From a virus (lineage: Duplodnaviria > Caudoviricetes): 33,597 bases of DNA. Shown here one piece after another: positions 8,061 to 15,898 of this stretch. Each line of letters starts with the position of its first letter. The first letter of the stretch is position 1. Under the pieces are notes generated by a model. It ran no database searches, was not told the DNA's origin, and saw only the letters and a list, made by a program, of their open reading frames with translations. Made by a program: the position numbers and the translations under genes. The stretch covers positions 1 to 33,597 of the IMG/VR virus record IMGVR_UViG_3300020043_005122; one strand, written 5' to 3'.

Positions 8061-8486
8061 ATGAAAGATTTAGGCGGTCGCCCAATGAAATTTCAAAGTC
8101 CTGAAGAATTGCAAAGTAAAATAGATTCATATTTTGATTATTGTGAATCACGTACTAAAAAAGAAGTTGTAAAGACACGTGACTATTATGAGGTAATAGA
8201 TTTGCCCGACCCTATACCCTATACTGTTTACGGTCTTGCAGATTTCTTAGATTGCGATGCAGACACGCTTTTGAACTATCAAACGCGCGATGCTTTTTCG
8301 GTTTTAATCGCACGTGCAAAGTCTAAAATACTAACAAACAAGGTAGAACGCGGCTTAGATGGTAAGTCAAATCCGCAAATGACTAAGTTACTTTTAGGTC
8401 ACAACTATGGCATCATAGAACCTAAAGCAGAAACACAGGACGACAAAAACATTAACATAAACATTCAGTACCCACCTGATAAGTAG
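8061..8486 (+). CDS. terS: Terminase small subunit (P22 gp3-like DNA-packaging protein)
   Basis: GRP.KF.SPEELQ..ID.YF...PYTV.GLA.FL pattern; immediately upstream of TerL. Confidence 0.88.
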   Translation: MKDLGGRPMKFQSPEELQSKIDSYFDYCESRTKKEVVKTRDYYEVIDLPDPIPYTVYGLADFLDCDADTLLNYQTRDAFSVLIARAKSKILTNKVERGLDGKSNPQMTKLLLGHNYGIIEPKAETQDDKNININIQYPPDK

Positions 8487-9937
8487 TGCCGCGAAATATC
8501 GACATAACACTATACCGACCGCATATAGGGCAGCAGCGTATCTTAAACAATAAACGGCGTTTTAATTGCATAGTGTGTGCGCGGCGATTTGGCAAAACTG
8601 AATTGATTACATCGGTTGCGTTACCCCTTATAAGTCCTGCAGTATTCGAAGGTAAGTTCGTAGGTATATTTGTCGATGACTTCAAAGACTTCGCGCAATC
8701 CTGGGCTAAGATAGTTGACACTTACAAGCTAAGTAATGAAGGCGGCATCATATCGCATAAAGATGAAACATCAAAGATAATGCAGTTCTTAAATGGCGGC
8801 GTTTTAGAAGTTTGGTCCATTGGCGATGAAGGGCGAAAAGACAAAGGGCGCGGGCGCAAATATCACCGCGTTATCTATGAAGAAACGCAAAAGATACCTT
8901 CACACATATTAGAATATCATTGGAAAACAGTATCCCGCCCTACCTTGACTGACTTTAAAGGTGAGGCGTTTTTTATTGGTACCGCTGCAGGTAAAGATAA
9001 CTATTGGTACGAACTATGCCGCAATGGCGCTATCGCTGGTAACGTTGAACGTAATTGTTACGGCGATATTGATTTACCTCAAAGCGAAAACGGTTCTGAA
9101 AGTTGGATAACGTTTAGAATGGAAACAACTGATAACCCTGCAATAGACCCTGCCGAAGTAGCCGATGCAAGCCGTGACCTTGACCGCCTAACGTTTGAAC
9201 AGGAATACAAATCTGTATTTGTTGACTATTCAGGTGAAGCATGGGTTTATGTTCTAAAGGACAAAAGCATTCAGCAAAAAGTATTTCAGCCCGCAAAGAA
9301 AATCAATTGGGAAACGGAACAAATTTACGTTTCATTTGACTTTAATAAAATACCTATGACAGCGGCGGTGATGAAAAAAACAACATTATCGCCCGACATA
9401 TCAGCACGTTCACGTTATCGCTATGGCGTGCATATCATTAAAGAATTTAAGATAGGTAGTGAAGAACGCGGCGAAGCATCTATTTACGATACATGCCAGG
9501 CGTTTAGGGAATGGGTATTTAGTGAAACAAATAAGAAGATAGGGCGTTGGTCCGATACTGCTATTTACCCATGCACTATTCCACTACTAATAACAGGTGA
9601 TGCGAGTGGTGATAGGTCTGATGGTAGGCAGCGCGTTTCAAAAACTTACTACGAAATAATACAGGAAGAATTGCAGTTGCCCGCGCGATTCTTTGTAGTG
9701 CCTAAAGCGAACCCGCTGCATGCTGAAAGTTACGTCCAAACGAATACAATTATAAGCATGTGCCCCGATTTTCAAATATATGAAGACAAGTGCCAAGGCT
9801 TGCGCATGGACTGCCTTAGAATTAAATCAGATAACAGCCGCCGCATTATCAAAGGCAAAGGCGAAGAACGCCAGGCTGACTTATTAGATAATCTTAGATA
9901 CTTATTAAATACGTTTTGTCAAGATATAAAGCTGTAG
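8486..9937 (+). CDS. terL: Terminase large subunit
   Basis: PH..Q adenine-binding motif, Walker A ARRFGKT, GRGRKY..VIYEE Walker B, FIGT coupling motif, FEQEY, nuclease SFDFN / GDASG / D.LDNLRY. GTG start overlaps the terS stop. Confidence 0.92.
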   Translation: MPRNIDITLYRPHIGQQRILNNKRRFNCIVCARRFGKTELITSVALPLISPAVFEGKFVGIFVDDFKDFAQSWAKIVDTYKLSNEGGIISHKDETSKIMQFLNGGVLEVWSIGDEGRKDKGRGRKYHRVIYEETQKIPSHILEYHWKTVSRPTLTDFKGEAFFIGTAAGKDNYWYELCRNGAIAGNVERNCYGDIDLPQSENGSESWITFRMETTDNPAIDPAEVADASRDLDRLTFEQEYKSVFVDYSGEAWVYVLKDKSIQQKVFQPAKKINWETEQIYVSFDFNKIPMTAAVMKKTTLSPDISARSRYRYGVHIIKEFKIGSEERGEASIYDTCQAFREWVFSETNKKIGRWSDTAIYPCTIPLLITGDASGDRSDGRQRVSKTYYEIIQEELQLPARFFVVPKANPLHAESYVQTNTIISMCPDFQIYEDKCQGLRMDCLRIKSDNSRRIIKGKGEERQADLLDNLRYLLNTFCQDIKL

Positions 9938-9961
9938 CATATCGTTGACACCAACGAAATG
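9938..9961. repeat. 24-bp imperfect palindrome directly after the terL stop
   Basis: CATATCGTTG-ACAC-CAACGAAATG (9 of 10 stem pairs). Confidence 0.7.
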
Positions 9962-9982
9962 ATAACCCCTAAAAATAAAGCT

Positions 9983-10819
9983 ATGATTTACCGCCCAAAA
10001 ATTAAAGTACATTCTGATGCTGAGGTTACATATTGGAAAAACCTAATAAATGAAAAACGCCGACAAAATAAAACTTTGCAGCGTTGGTTAGTAGTTAGCG
10101 ATGTTCACCGCCCATTCCACAATAAGATACTATGGCAAAAGCTATTAAGGCTTATATCAGAATTAGGCACGAACTTACACGGCATTGTAATGGCGGGCGA
10201 TTACTTAGATTTATATACCTTAGGTTCTTATAATGCCGAATCATTAGCCAACTTATCAGGGCTAACCCTACAGGACGAATATATTGATGGGCTGCAGGGT
10301 ATTGATGATATTAACAGCGCGTTCAAAGGTGCTAAAAAATATTTCTTATTTGGCAATCATGAAGACCGATACTTTAGGCACATCAAAGAAAAGGATAATG
10401 CGAAATATGGCGGCGCACTTATAAACCCATGCGAGGCGCTATATCTTCATGAGCGCGGATGGGAAGTTAAAACAGACTGGCAAAGCGATTATTTCACATT
10501 AGGCAAACACTTAGATGTTGTACACGGCGTTTATACATCTATTCATGCAGCTAAGGCGCATTTAGATAAAACACAGCATAGTGTTATGTTTGGACATACG
10601 CACAGGGTTCAATGTTACCACACAGGGAACAAAGCCGCGTTTAATATCGGGGGTCTATTTGATATAAAGTCAAAAGGTTTTAGCTATATGCCAAGGTTTC
10701 AAAGGCAACTATGGGCTAATGGTTTTGCCCTGGTTAATGTAGATGACCAAGGTAACTTCTATGTTGAACAGGTTAACGTGTGGGCTGATAAGTTTTTAGC
10801 TAATGGTAGGATGTATTAG
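9983..10819 (+). CDS. Calcineurin-like metallophosphoesterase
   Basis: SDVH, GDYLD, GNHE, HG and GHTH: a complete motif set. Likely start is ATG 9983; ATG 9959 lies in the palindrome. Confidence 0.9.
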   Translation: MIYRPKIKVHSDAEVTYWKNLINEKRRQNKTLQRWLVVSDVHRPFHNKILWQKLLRLISELGTNLHGIVMAGDYLDLYTLGSYNAESLANLSGLTLQDEYIDGLQGIDDINSAFKGAKKYFLFGNHEDRYFRHIKEKDNAKYGGALINPCEALYLHERGWEVKTDWQSDYFTLGKHLDVVHGVYTSIHAAKAHLDKTQHSVMFGHTHRVQCYHTGNKAAFNIGGLFDIKSKGFSYMPRFQRQLWANGFALVNVDDQGNFYVEQVNVWADKFLANGRMY

Positions 10820-10876
10820 CTTATTCGCCAAAATGGCGGGTGAGTGGCGAACAACAGGCGTTCACGTTACGTGAAC
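10820..10876. repeat. Two hairpins/palindromes in the convergent gap (possible terminator region)
   Basis: CTTATTCGCCA-AAA-TGGCGGGTGAG (11 bp with G-U pairs) and GTTCACGT-T-ACGTGAAC. Confidence 0.6.
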
Positions 10877-10877
10877 T

Positions 10878-11264
10878 TCACCAATTAGTGAACATAGATG
10901 TATAAGGATGCGAAGGATAATGAAACAGCGGACCATGATAGGGAAACTTAGCATTATTAGTAATATGCTTTTGCCATTGTTGCCAGGGCGTTTTAAACTT
11001 TGGTTCCTGAAAGTCTAACCAAAAATAACAACGGTGTGTTTTTAGTTCGTTGTTCAATAGTGCAACTTTTGCATAATAACGGGATTCTGATTCTAATACT
11101 GAGTAGCGCCTCGATGCCTGCCAAAATCTAAAGCGTTTATATTTTCTGTAAAACTTACGGGTTAACGGAAAATAATTAAACGAATCATTCAGGATTAAAC
11201 CAAGTTCAACTGTATCGGGTTGACCGCTTAATATCAGTTCCCTAACCCATTTGGATTCTTGCAT
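10878..11264 (-). CDS. Hypothetical protein (128 aa, aromatic and basic)
   Basis: ORF overlapping the sigma-factor stop; fills the cassette. Confidence 0.65.
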   Translation of the reverse strand: MQESKWVRELILSGQPDTVELGLILNDSFNYFPLTRKFYRKYKRFRFWQASRRYSVLESESRYYAKVALLNNELKTHRCYFWLDFQEPKFKTPWQQWQKHITNNAKFPYHGPLFHYPSHPYTSMFTNW

Positions 11265-12012
11265 ATTGATTTTTTATTTTATCTAATGCCTTTTTTTCTA
11301 ATTGGCGTGCGCTTTCCCTTGAAAGGTTTAGCATCTGCCCTATTTGCCCATAGTCTTTGACATAGCCTTCTAAGTATCTATGCTGAATAACCTTGTATTC
11401 TGAATCATTTAAACGTTTGACAAGGTAGTTAAATACCTTTTCGTTATCGGATTGCAAAGCATCTAAATCGGTTTGCGAATCAGATGCTGGCGTGTAAATT
11501 TCGTTACCTTCATCATCGACATGGTCCAAGCTAACAAAGCTGTGCATATTCTTAACCATTTTAACGTGGTGTTCTGATACGTTTATTTGCTTAGCTATTT
11601 GTTCTGTTGTAGCATCTGTTATATTACGCATCTGATGTTTTACAATGTATGCTTTATCGGGATAACGTATTATATCGCGTTTGGTATTTATGAAGTTTTG
11701 AATTTCGGCGCGCATCTTATAAACGGCATAAGATATAAACCTATTTTCACTATTACGGTCAAAGCTATCGGCTGCCTTAATTAGACCTATCATTGATTCC
11801 GAAATTAAATCCATAATGTCGATAGATTCGACATGATGCCGAAACGCTACAGATATGGCAAACATCATATTGTGATTTATAAGTTGCTCACGCGTGGCGT
11901 TACGTTCCTGTTCAAATGTTAAAGGCTTGTATCTGTTAGCTTCTAATAATAAACGCTGTAGAATGCCTTTTTTTTGATGCACAACGTTATACTTTACATC
12001 AATTCGCTTCAT
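11242..12012 (-). CDS. Phage-encoded sigma70-family (RpoD/RpoH-like) RNA polymerase sigma factor
   Basis: Region 1.2-like PLTFEQE, region 2 REQLINHN..DLISE..IGLIKAADSFD..RFISYAVY, region 3 EQIAKQINVS..V..SLD, region 4 LNDSEYKVIQHRY..IGQMLNLSRESARQLEKKALDKIK. Confidence 0.92.
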   Translation of the reverse strand: MKRIDVKYNVVHQKKGILQRLLLEANRYKPLTFEQERNATREQLINHNMMFAISVAFRHHVESIDIMDLISESMIGLIKAADSFDRNSENRFISYAVYKMRAEIQNFINTKRDIIRYPDKAYIVKHQMRNITDATTEQIAKQINVSEHHVKMVKNMHSFVSLDHVDDEGNEIYTPASDSQTDLDALQSDNEKVFNYLVKRLNDSEYKVIQHRYLEGYVKDYGQIGQMLNLSRESARQLEKKALDKIKNQYARIQMG

Positions 12013-12322
12013 TGGTATAGAACTTTTTTAGTTGTGAAGCCTGCGCAAAAGTACGGCGGCAAATAAAAGCATCTGAATAGGCACGCTGCCACGATGCCAA
12101 TGATATTTCAGCCTCAAATAAATCTGAATAAACAATCATGAGTCTGTAATAATCGCCAGCTTGTTCATACATAACCGTATCGAATGGCATGATACTAAGT
12201 TGTTCAGCCGTTACATATTCGGGTGTCTTAGTACTAAGTATCTGAATACAGTATAGCGTATCTGTTTGCGCGTAAGTTGCAGCGCTAAATAAAAGCGTGA
12301 AAATTAAAAGTAGTGTTTTCAT
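11999..12322 (-). CDS. Secreted SPOR-like domain protein
   Basis: Signal peptide MKTLLLIFTLLFSAATYA|Q. YCIQI...YYRLMI.Y....EAE..L.....Y.DAFI resembles the SPOR fold pattern. Confidence 0.6.
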   Translation of the reverse strand: MKTLLLIFTLLFSAATYAQTDTLYCIQILSTKTPEYVTAEQLSIMPFDTVMYEQAGDYYRLMIVYSDLFEAEISLASWQRAYSDAFICRRTFAQASQLKKFYTNEAN

Positions 12323-12335
12323 TTTACATGTGATT

Positions 12336-12470
12336 TTAAAATTTGTTTTCTAATTCGTATTCTTTGATTCTACCAAGCCAATAGTTAGCCCTTTGAACAT
12401 CGCCCATATCTTTATTAAAAAAATATCTTTGATATAGGAATAGTAATTGTGAATCCATTTGTTTTTTCAT
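12336..12470 (-). CDS. Small hypothetical protein (44 aa), not in the ORF track
   Basis: MKKQMDSQLLFLYQRYFFNKDMGDVQRANYWLGRIKEYELENKF*; fills the gap between neighbours on the same strand. Confidence 0.65.
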   Translation of the reverse strand: MKKQMDSQLLFLYQRYFFNKDMGDVQRANYWLGRIKEYELENKF

Positions 12471-12483
12471 GATGTTGTGTGAT

Positions 12484-12675
12484 TTAAAGTTCAATGCCTA
12501 ATATTTCATGAAATGTAATTGATTCGCCGCTTTCATCTTCAATCCATCCGCGTTTCAATTTATCTTTTTTACCTAATCGCAAAAATGCATCTGTAAAATC
12601 TTTGCCCTTAATAGTTTGGCAGCCTAAACCAAATTCAGTAGGAATCCAAACTGTAAATTTTTGTAGTGTTGTCAT
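12484..12675 (-). CDS. Small hypothetical protein (~63 aa)
   Basis: ORF 12484..12717. The TTG start lies within the promoter box, so ATG 12675 or 12681 is preferred. Confidence 0.65.
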   Translation of the reverse strand: MTTLQKFTVWIPTEFGLGCQTIKGKDFTDAFLRLGKKDKLKRGWIEDESGESITFHEILGIEL

Positions 12676-12714
12676 AATCATTAGTTTTTTAAAGCGTTTC
12701 ATCAAATCGATGCT

Positions 12715-12746
12715 CAAAGATACAACCTCTTTTCATAATTGCAAAT
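12715..12746 (-). promoter_or_regulatory. Bacteroidota sigma-A promoter driving the leftward cassette (TTTG-N20-TATCTTTG)
   Basis: CAAAGATA at 12715-22 and CAAA at 12743-46 on the plus strand. Confidence 0.7.
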
Positions 12747-12815
12747 AATTTTATTAAAATTTTATAAAAATATTTATCTTTTTTTGAAATATCTTTACAG
12801 CTAAATACTAAACAC

Positions 12816-13376
12816 ATGATTTTCAGAAAGCGAAACAGGGCAGAACAAAACGAAAAGAACTATTCAAAGTGGCTTAAAACCTACATTCCCGAAACAACAA
12901 AGCAACGTATTGAGTTAACAAGGGTATTTACTGACCGCGAAGGCAATAACTTCTATATTCTTAAAAACCCTGCGAACTTAACGCGTGAACGTGCGCAAAG
13001 AATTGAAGAAGCTATGACCGCTATTGATTACGGGATTCATAAAAATGAAGTAGTCGAAAAGCTATCAGGCATTTTAGAAACGGTTGAGGATATGCCCTGG
13101 CAAAACATGACACGCGATAAGCTAAAGGAATTTCACACGAAGTCTAAAGACCAACTGAATGATATTATTTATAGGCTTAAAAGCGTAAAGATTGATGACC
13201 TATTATTAGAAGCGGGTTTGTATTTTTTCTACATAGATAATGAAAACCCTTATATCATAAATAGTGAAACGCAGCAACGTAAAATGGATGCGATACGAAA
13301 AGACGATGAACTGCGCGCTTTTTTTTTGAACAGTATAGAACAAATCTTGAAAGGTTCGAGCGCTTCAAACGTTTAA
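12816..13376 (+). CDS. Tail assembly chaperone (lambda gpG analogue)
   Basis: Directly upstream of the tape measure; contains a T9 slippery run (13319-27) near the 3' end. Confidence 0.75.
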   Translation: MIFRKRNRAEQNEKNYSKWLKTYIPETTKQRIELTRVFTDREGNNFYILKNPANLTRERAQRIEEAMTAIDYGIHKNEVVEKLSGILETVEDMPWQNMTRDKLKEFHTKSKDQLNDIIYRLKSVKIDDLLLEAGLYFFYIDNENPYIINSETQQRKMDAIRKDDELRAFFLNSIEQILKGSSASNV

Positions 13377-13621
13377 ACTTTCCAAGGCTAAACAAGATAG
13401 ACCCTAAAGTAAAACCGACTAAACGACCGCAAACATATCAGCACGCATTACAAAAACTTAAAGAACAAAACCGTGAAAATGATTATATAATAACTAAGGG
13501 TGACCCCGTACAAATGGCAAACGTTAGGTTTTGGGTTATTCGTGATTATTACAGCGCATTAGAACAAATATTAAAAGATAATGATAGGGCTGAGCAGGCT
13601 CAAAAAAATATAAAAAAATAG
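13319..13621 (+). CDS. -1 frameshift extension of the tail chaperone (gpGT analogue; fusion ~268 aa), not in the ORF track
   Basis: The -1 frame is open for 100 codons from T TTT TTT (FFFEQYRTNLERFERFKRLNFPR...AQKNIKK*), has no ATG near its 5' end, and ends 18 nt before the TMP ATG. Confidence 0.8.
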   Translation, partial: FFFEQYRTNLERFERFKRLNFPRLNKIDPKVKPTKRPQTYQHALQKLKEQNRENDYIITKGDPVQMANVRFWVIRDYYSALEQILKDNDRAEQAQKNIKK

Positions 13622-13639
13622 TATAAATCCTCGCTTACA

Positions 13640-15340
13640 ATGGCAGAAATTAAAGACGTTTATAGTTTAGAATTTAACAGTTCACAGTTTCAGACTGAAA
13701 TCAATTCAGCTATTGAAAGTATCGACCAACTAAACGCGGCGATGGAACAAGGCGTGGATGTTGCCGATGAATTAGAATCAGCGCAGGCGAATTTAGTTAG
13801 CGTGTTAAGTACTGAGGCTAAAGGCGTGGAGCAGTTAAATCAAAAACGTAACGCCTTAGTAAATACACAAAAGCAAGTTAATGCCGAATCTAAAACAGGT
13901 GTCGCAGTTGGTAAACAATTAGACACTACAAATAAACAGATAGCAGTAAGCACAGGACAGGCGGCAACGCAGCAGCGCGGGTTTACTGGTTCTATTGTCC
14001 AAGGCGTGCGACAAATTGGTTCTATGCGCCGCGTTGTTAGCCAATTAGGATTTGCGTTTAGGTTAATGGGTTCACTATTGCCGTTCGGTTTAATTATGTC
14101 ATTTGCGGGTCCTGTACTTTCATTTTTTAGTAGCCTATTTAAATCTACTGATAACACAGCCGAAAACATGGAAAAATTATCTGATAGCACAACAACCTTA
14201 GGAGATAAAATAAGCATTGCAGAGGTTGAAATGGAAAAGCTTAATGCTATTGAATCAAATAGGGGGCAACTAACCGAGGATGAAAAAAAGAGGCGTGCTG
14301 AACTTACTAAAATATATCAGGAAACATCTGATGAAATTATAAAGATAGAACAAGAACGCGCGGATAAATTAAGAGAAATTGAATTTGCTGTAGCAGATGC
14401 AAGGATAAAACTATTAGGTGATACTGCCGCTGGTGTGATTGCATCGGCTGAACTTGAAGGTAAAAAATTACAAAATGATATAGATAAAAGATTAGCTGAT
14501 ATATTAAAAGATAATTTTAAAATTCAAGATGAAATTAAAAAAGCAGATGAAGAATTTGCAAGAACAAGTAGCAATCAAGCAAGACAAAGGTCTAATGATT
14601 TACAAGCTATTTTACAAAAAAATGCCAATGCTCAAATATTGATTGTTGAAGAACAAAATTTAAGATATGATGCAATTGAACAAGAAAAAAACAAACGCCT
14701 TGCGGATTTACAAGAAAAAGCAAGACAAGATAGAATCAAAGAAATACAAAACGAAATTAAAGAAATTGAAAAGCTAAATCAGTTTAGAATTGATAATACT
14801 GTTGAAGGTAGCAAAGAACGCTACCAAGCTGAATTAAATGCCATTAACTTAGTACAGGATGCCTACGAAAAGTATGCAAAAGAATTAGGCATGACATTAT
14901 TAGATTTAGAATTGATGTTTGCCGATAATGCAAAAAAACGTAATGACTTAGATACTAAAAGAATTGAAAATATTGAAAAGGTTGAACAGGCTGAATTAGA
15001 ATCTATCAGACAAATGCGTCAAGCCTATGAGGATGAACTTCAAAATCAAAGAAAAATAATTGATGCTGGTACTGAATACAGGGTTAATAATGCCGAGGCT
15101 GATTTAGCATTGCAACTATTAGAACTTGAAGCGGAACGAAATCAAAAATTAGATGCTGCATTTTTAAATGTCGATATGCAAGAAAAGATAGATGAAGAAT
15201 ACAACCGCAAAAGACAGATTTTAGAAATGAATACTAATCAGAAAATTATTAAGATTCGTATTGAAGCGCTTAAAAAATTGCGTGATGCTTCGGGCGCTGA
15301 ACCTGCAGAACTTGCAGCATTAAACAAACAGATAAAATGA
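13640..15340 (+). CDS. Tape measure protein, N-terminal part (566 aa; cut by insertion)
   Basis: Long Ala/Glu/Lys/Gln coiled-coil sequence, hydrophobic segment LGFAFRLMGSLLPFGLIMSFAGPVLSFFSSLF, and position after the frameshifting chaperone. Confidence 0.85.
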   Translation: MAEIKDVYSLEFNSSQFQTEINSAIESIDQLNAAMEQGVDVADELESAQANLVSVLSTEAKGVEQLNQKRNALVNTQKQVNAESKTGVAVGKQLDTTNKQIAVSTGQAATQQRGFTGSIVQGVRQIGSMRRVVSQLGFAFRLMGSLLPFGLIMSFAGPVLSFFSSLFKSTDNTAENMEKLSDSTTTLGDKISIAEVEMEKLNAIESNRGQLTEDEKKRRAELTKIYQETSDEIIKIEQERADKLREIEFAVADARIKLLGDTAAGVIASAELEGKKLQNDIDKRLADILKDNFKIQDEIKKADEEFARTSSNQARQRSNDLQAILQKNANAQILIVEEQNLRYDAIEQEKNKRLADLQEKARQDRIKEIQNEIKEIEKLNQFRIDNTVEGSKERYQAELNAINLVQDAYEKYAKELGMTLLDLELMFADNAKKRNDLDTKRIENIEKVEQAELESIRQMRQAYEDELQNQRKIIDAGTEYRVNNAEADLALQLLELEAERNQKLDAAFLNVDMQEKIDEEYNRKRQILEMNTNQKIIKIRIEALKKLRDASGAEPAELAALNKQIK

Positions 15341-15549
15341 ATATTGAATTTACAGAGCTTGACTATAACGGCTATAATAAAGAAATTTGCTTCACTATAA
15401 ACAACATGAATTTTGCAGCGGGCTTTAATACTAAAAGCGAAATTGTAGAAGATTTTTGCAGAAACATTTGCTATAACAATTCAGAACAAGAAATGCAACG
15501 TAGATTTTTTACAAACTTCAACAAACTAATCAAATACGCAATTAACTAA
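15337..15549 (+). CDS. Hypothetical protein (70 aa), insert gene 1
   Basis: ATG overlaps the TGA that truncates TMP (ATGA). Confidence 0.65.
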   Translation: MNIEFTELDYNGYNKEICFTINNMNFAAGFNTKSEIVEDFCRNICYNNSEQEMQRRFFTNFNKLIKYAIN

Positions 15550-15587
15550 CCAAACAGGGCGCAGCATCTTACACTGCAATCATCATC

Positions 15588-15896
15588 ATGACATTTACAG
15601 ATTATCCAAAAGCCGCAACCGAAGCGGCAAAACGCGCACTCAAATGGAAAGAAGAAACAGGCAATACAAAAGGTTGCGGCACTTTAGTAGGTTGGGCACG
15701 CGCTAACCAATTAGCCAAGGGCGAAGCTATAAGCATTGAAACGGTTAAACGTATGGCGGCTTTTATTAGGCATCAGCAAAATAAAAACGTTCCGTATAGC
15801 GAAGGATGCGGCGGCATTATGTGGGATGCATGGGGCGGCGATGAAGGTATTAACTGGGCAATTAGAAAAATGGAATCTTTAGAAAACAAACTTTAA
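15588..15896 (+). CDS. Phage protein of unknown function (102 aa), insert gene 2
   Basis: DYP.AA..AAKRALKW..GT.VGWARANQLA.GE.IS..TVKRM..F.RH...WDAWGG..G..WA: a globular, Trp/Gly-rich pattern I recall from aquatic phages (not searched). Confidence 0.75.
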   Translation: MTFTDYPKAATEAAKRALKWKEETGNTKGCGTLVGWARANQLAKGEAISIETVKRMAAFIRHQQNKNVPYSEGCGGIMWDAWGGDEGINWAIRKMESLENKL

Positions 15897-15898
15897 AA

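Noticed and set aside
12690-12714. TTGATGAAAC on the minus strand resembling a hammerhead core
   Set aside because: It lacks CUGAUGA and has no stem II between the core halves.
15338-15898. Group I/II intron, intein or IS element as the TMP insert
   Set aside because: The insert is almost fully occupied by two short ORFs, with no room for a ribozyme core. No homing endonuclease, RT or transposase motifs, no terminal inverted repeats, and stops in the TMP frame exclude an intein.
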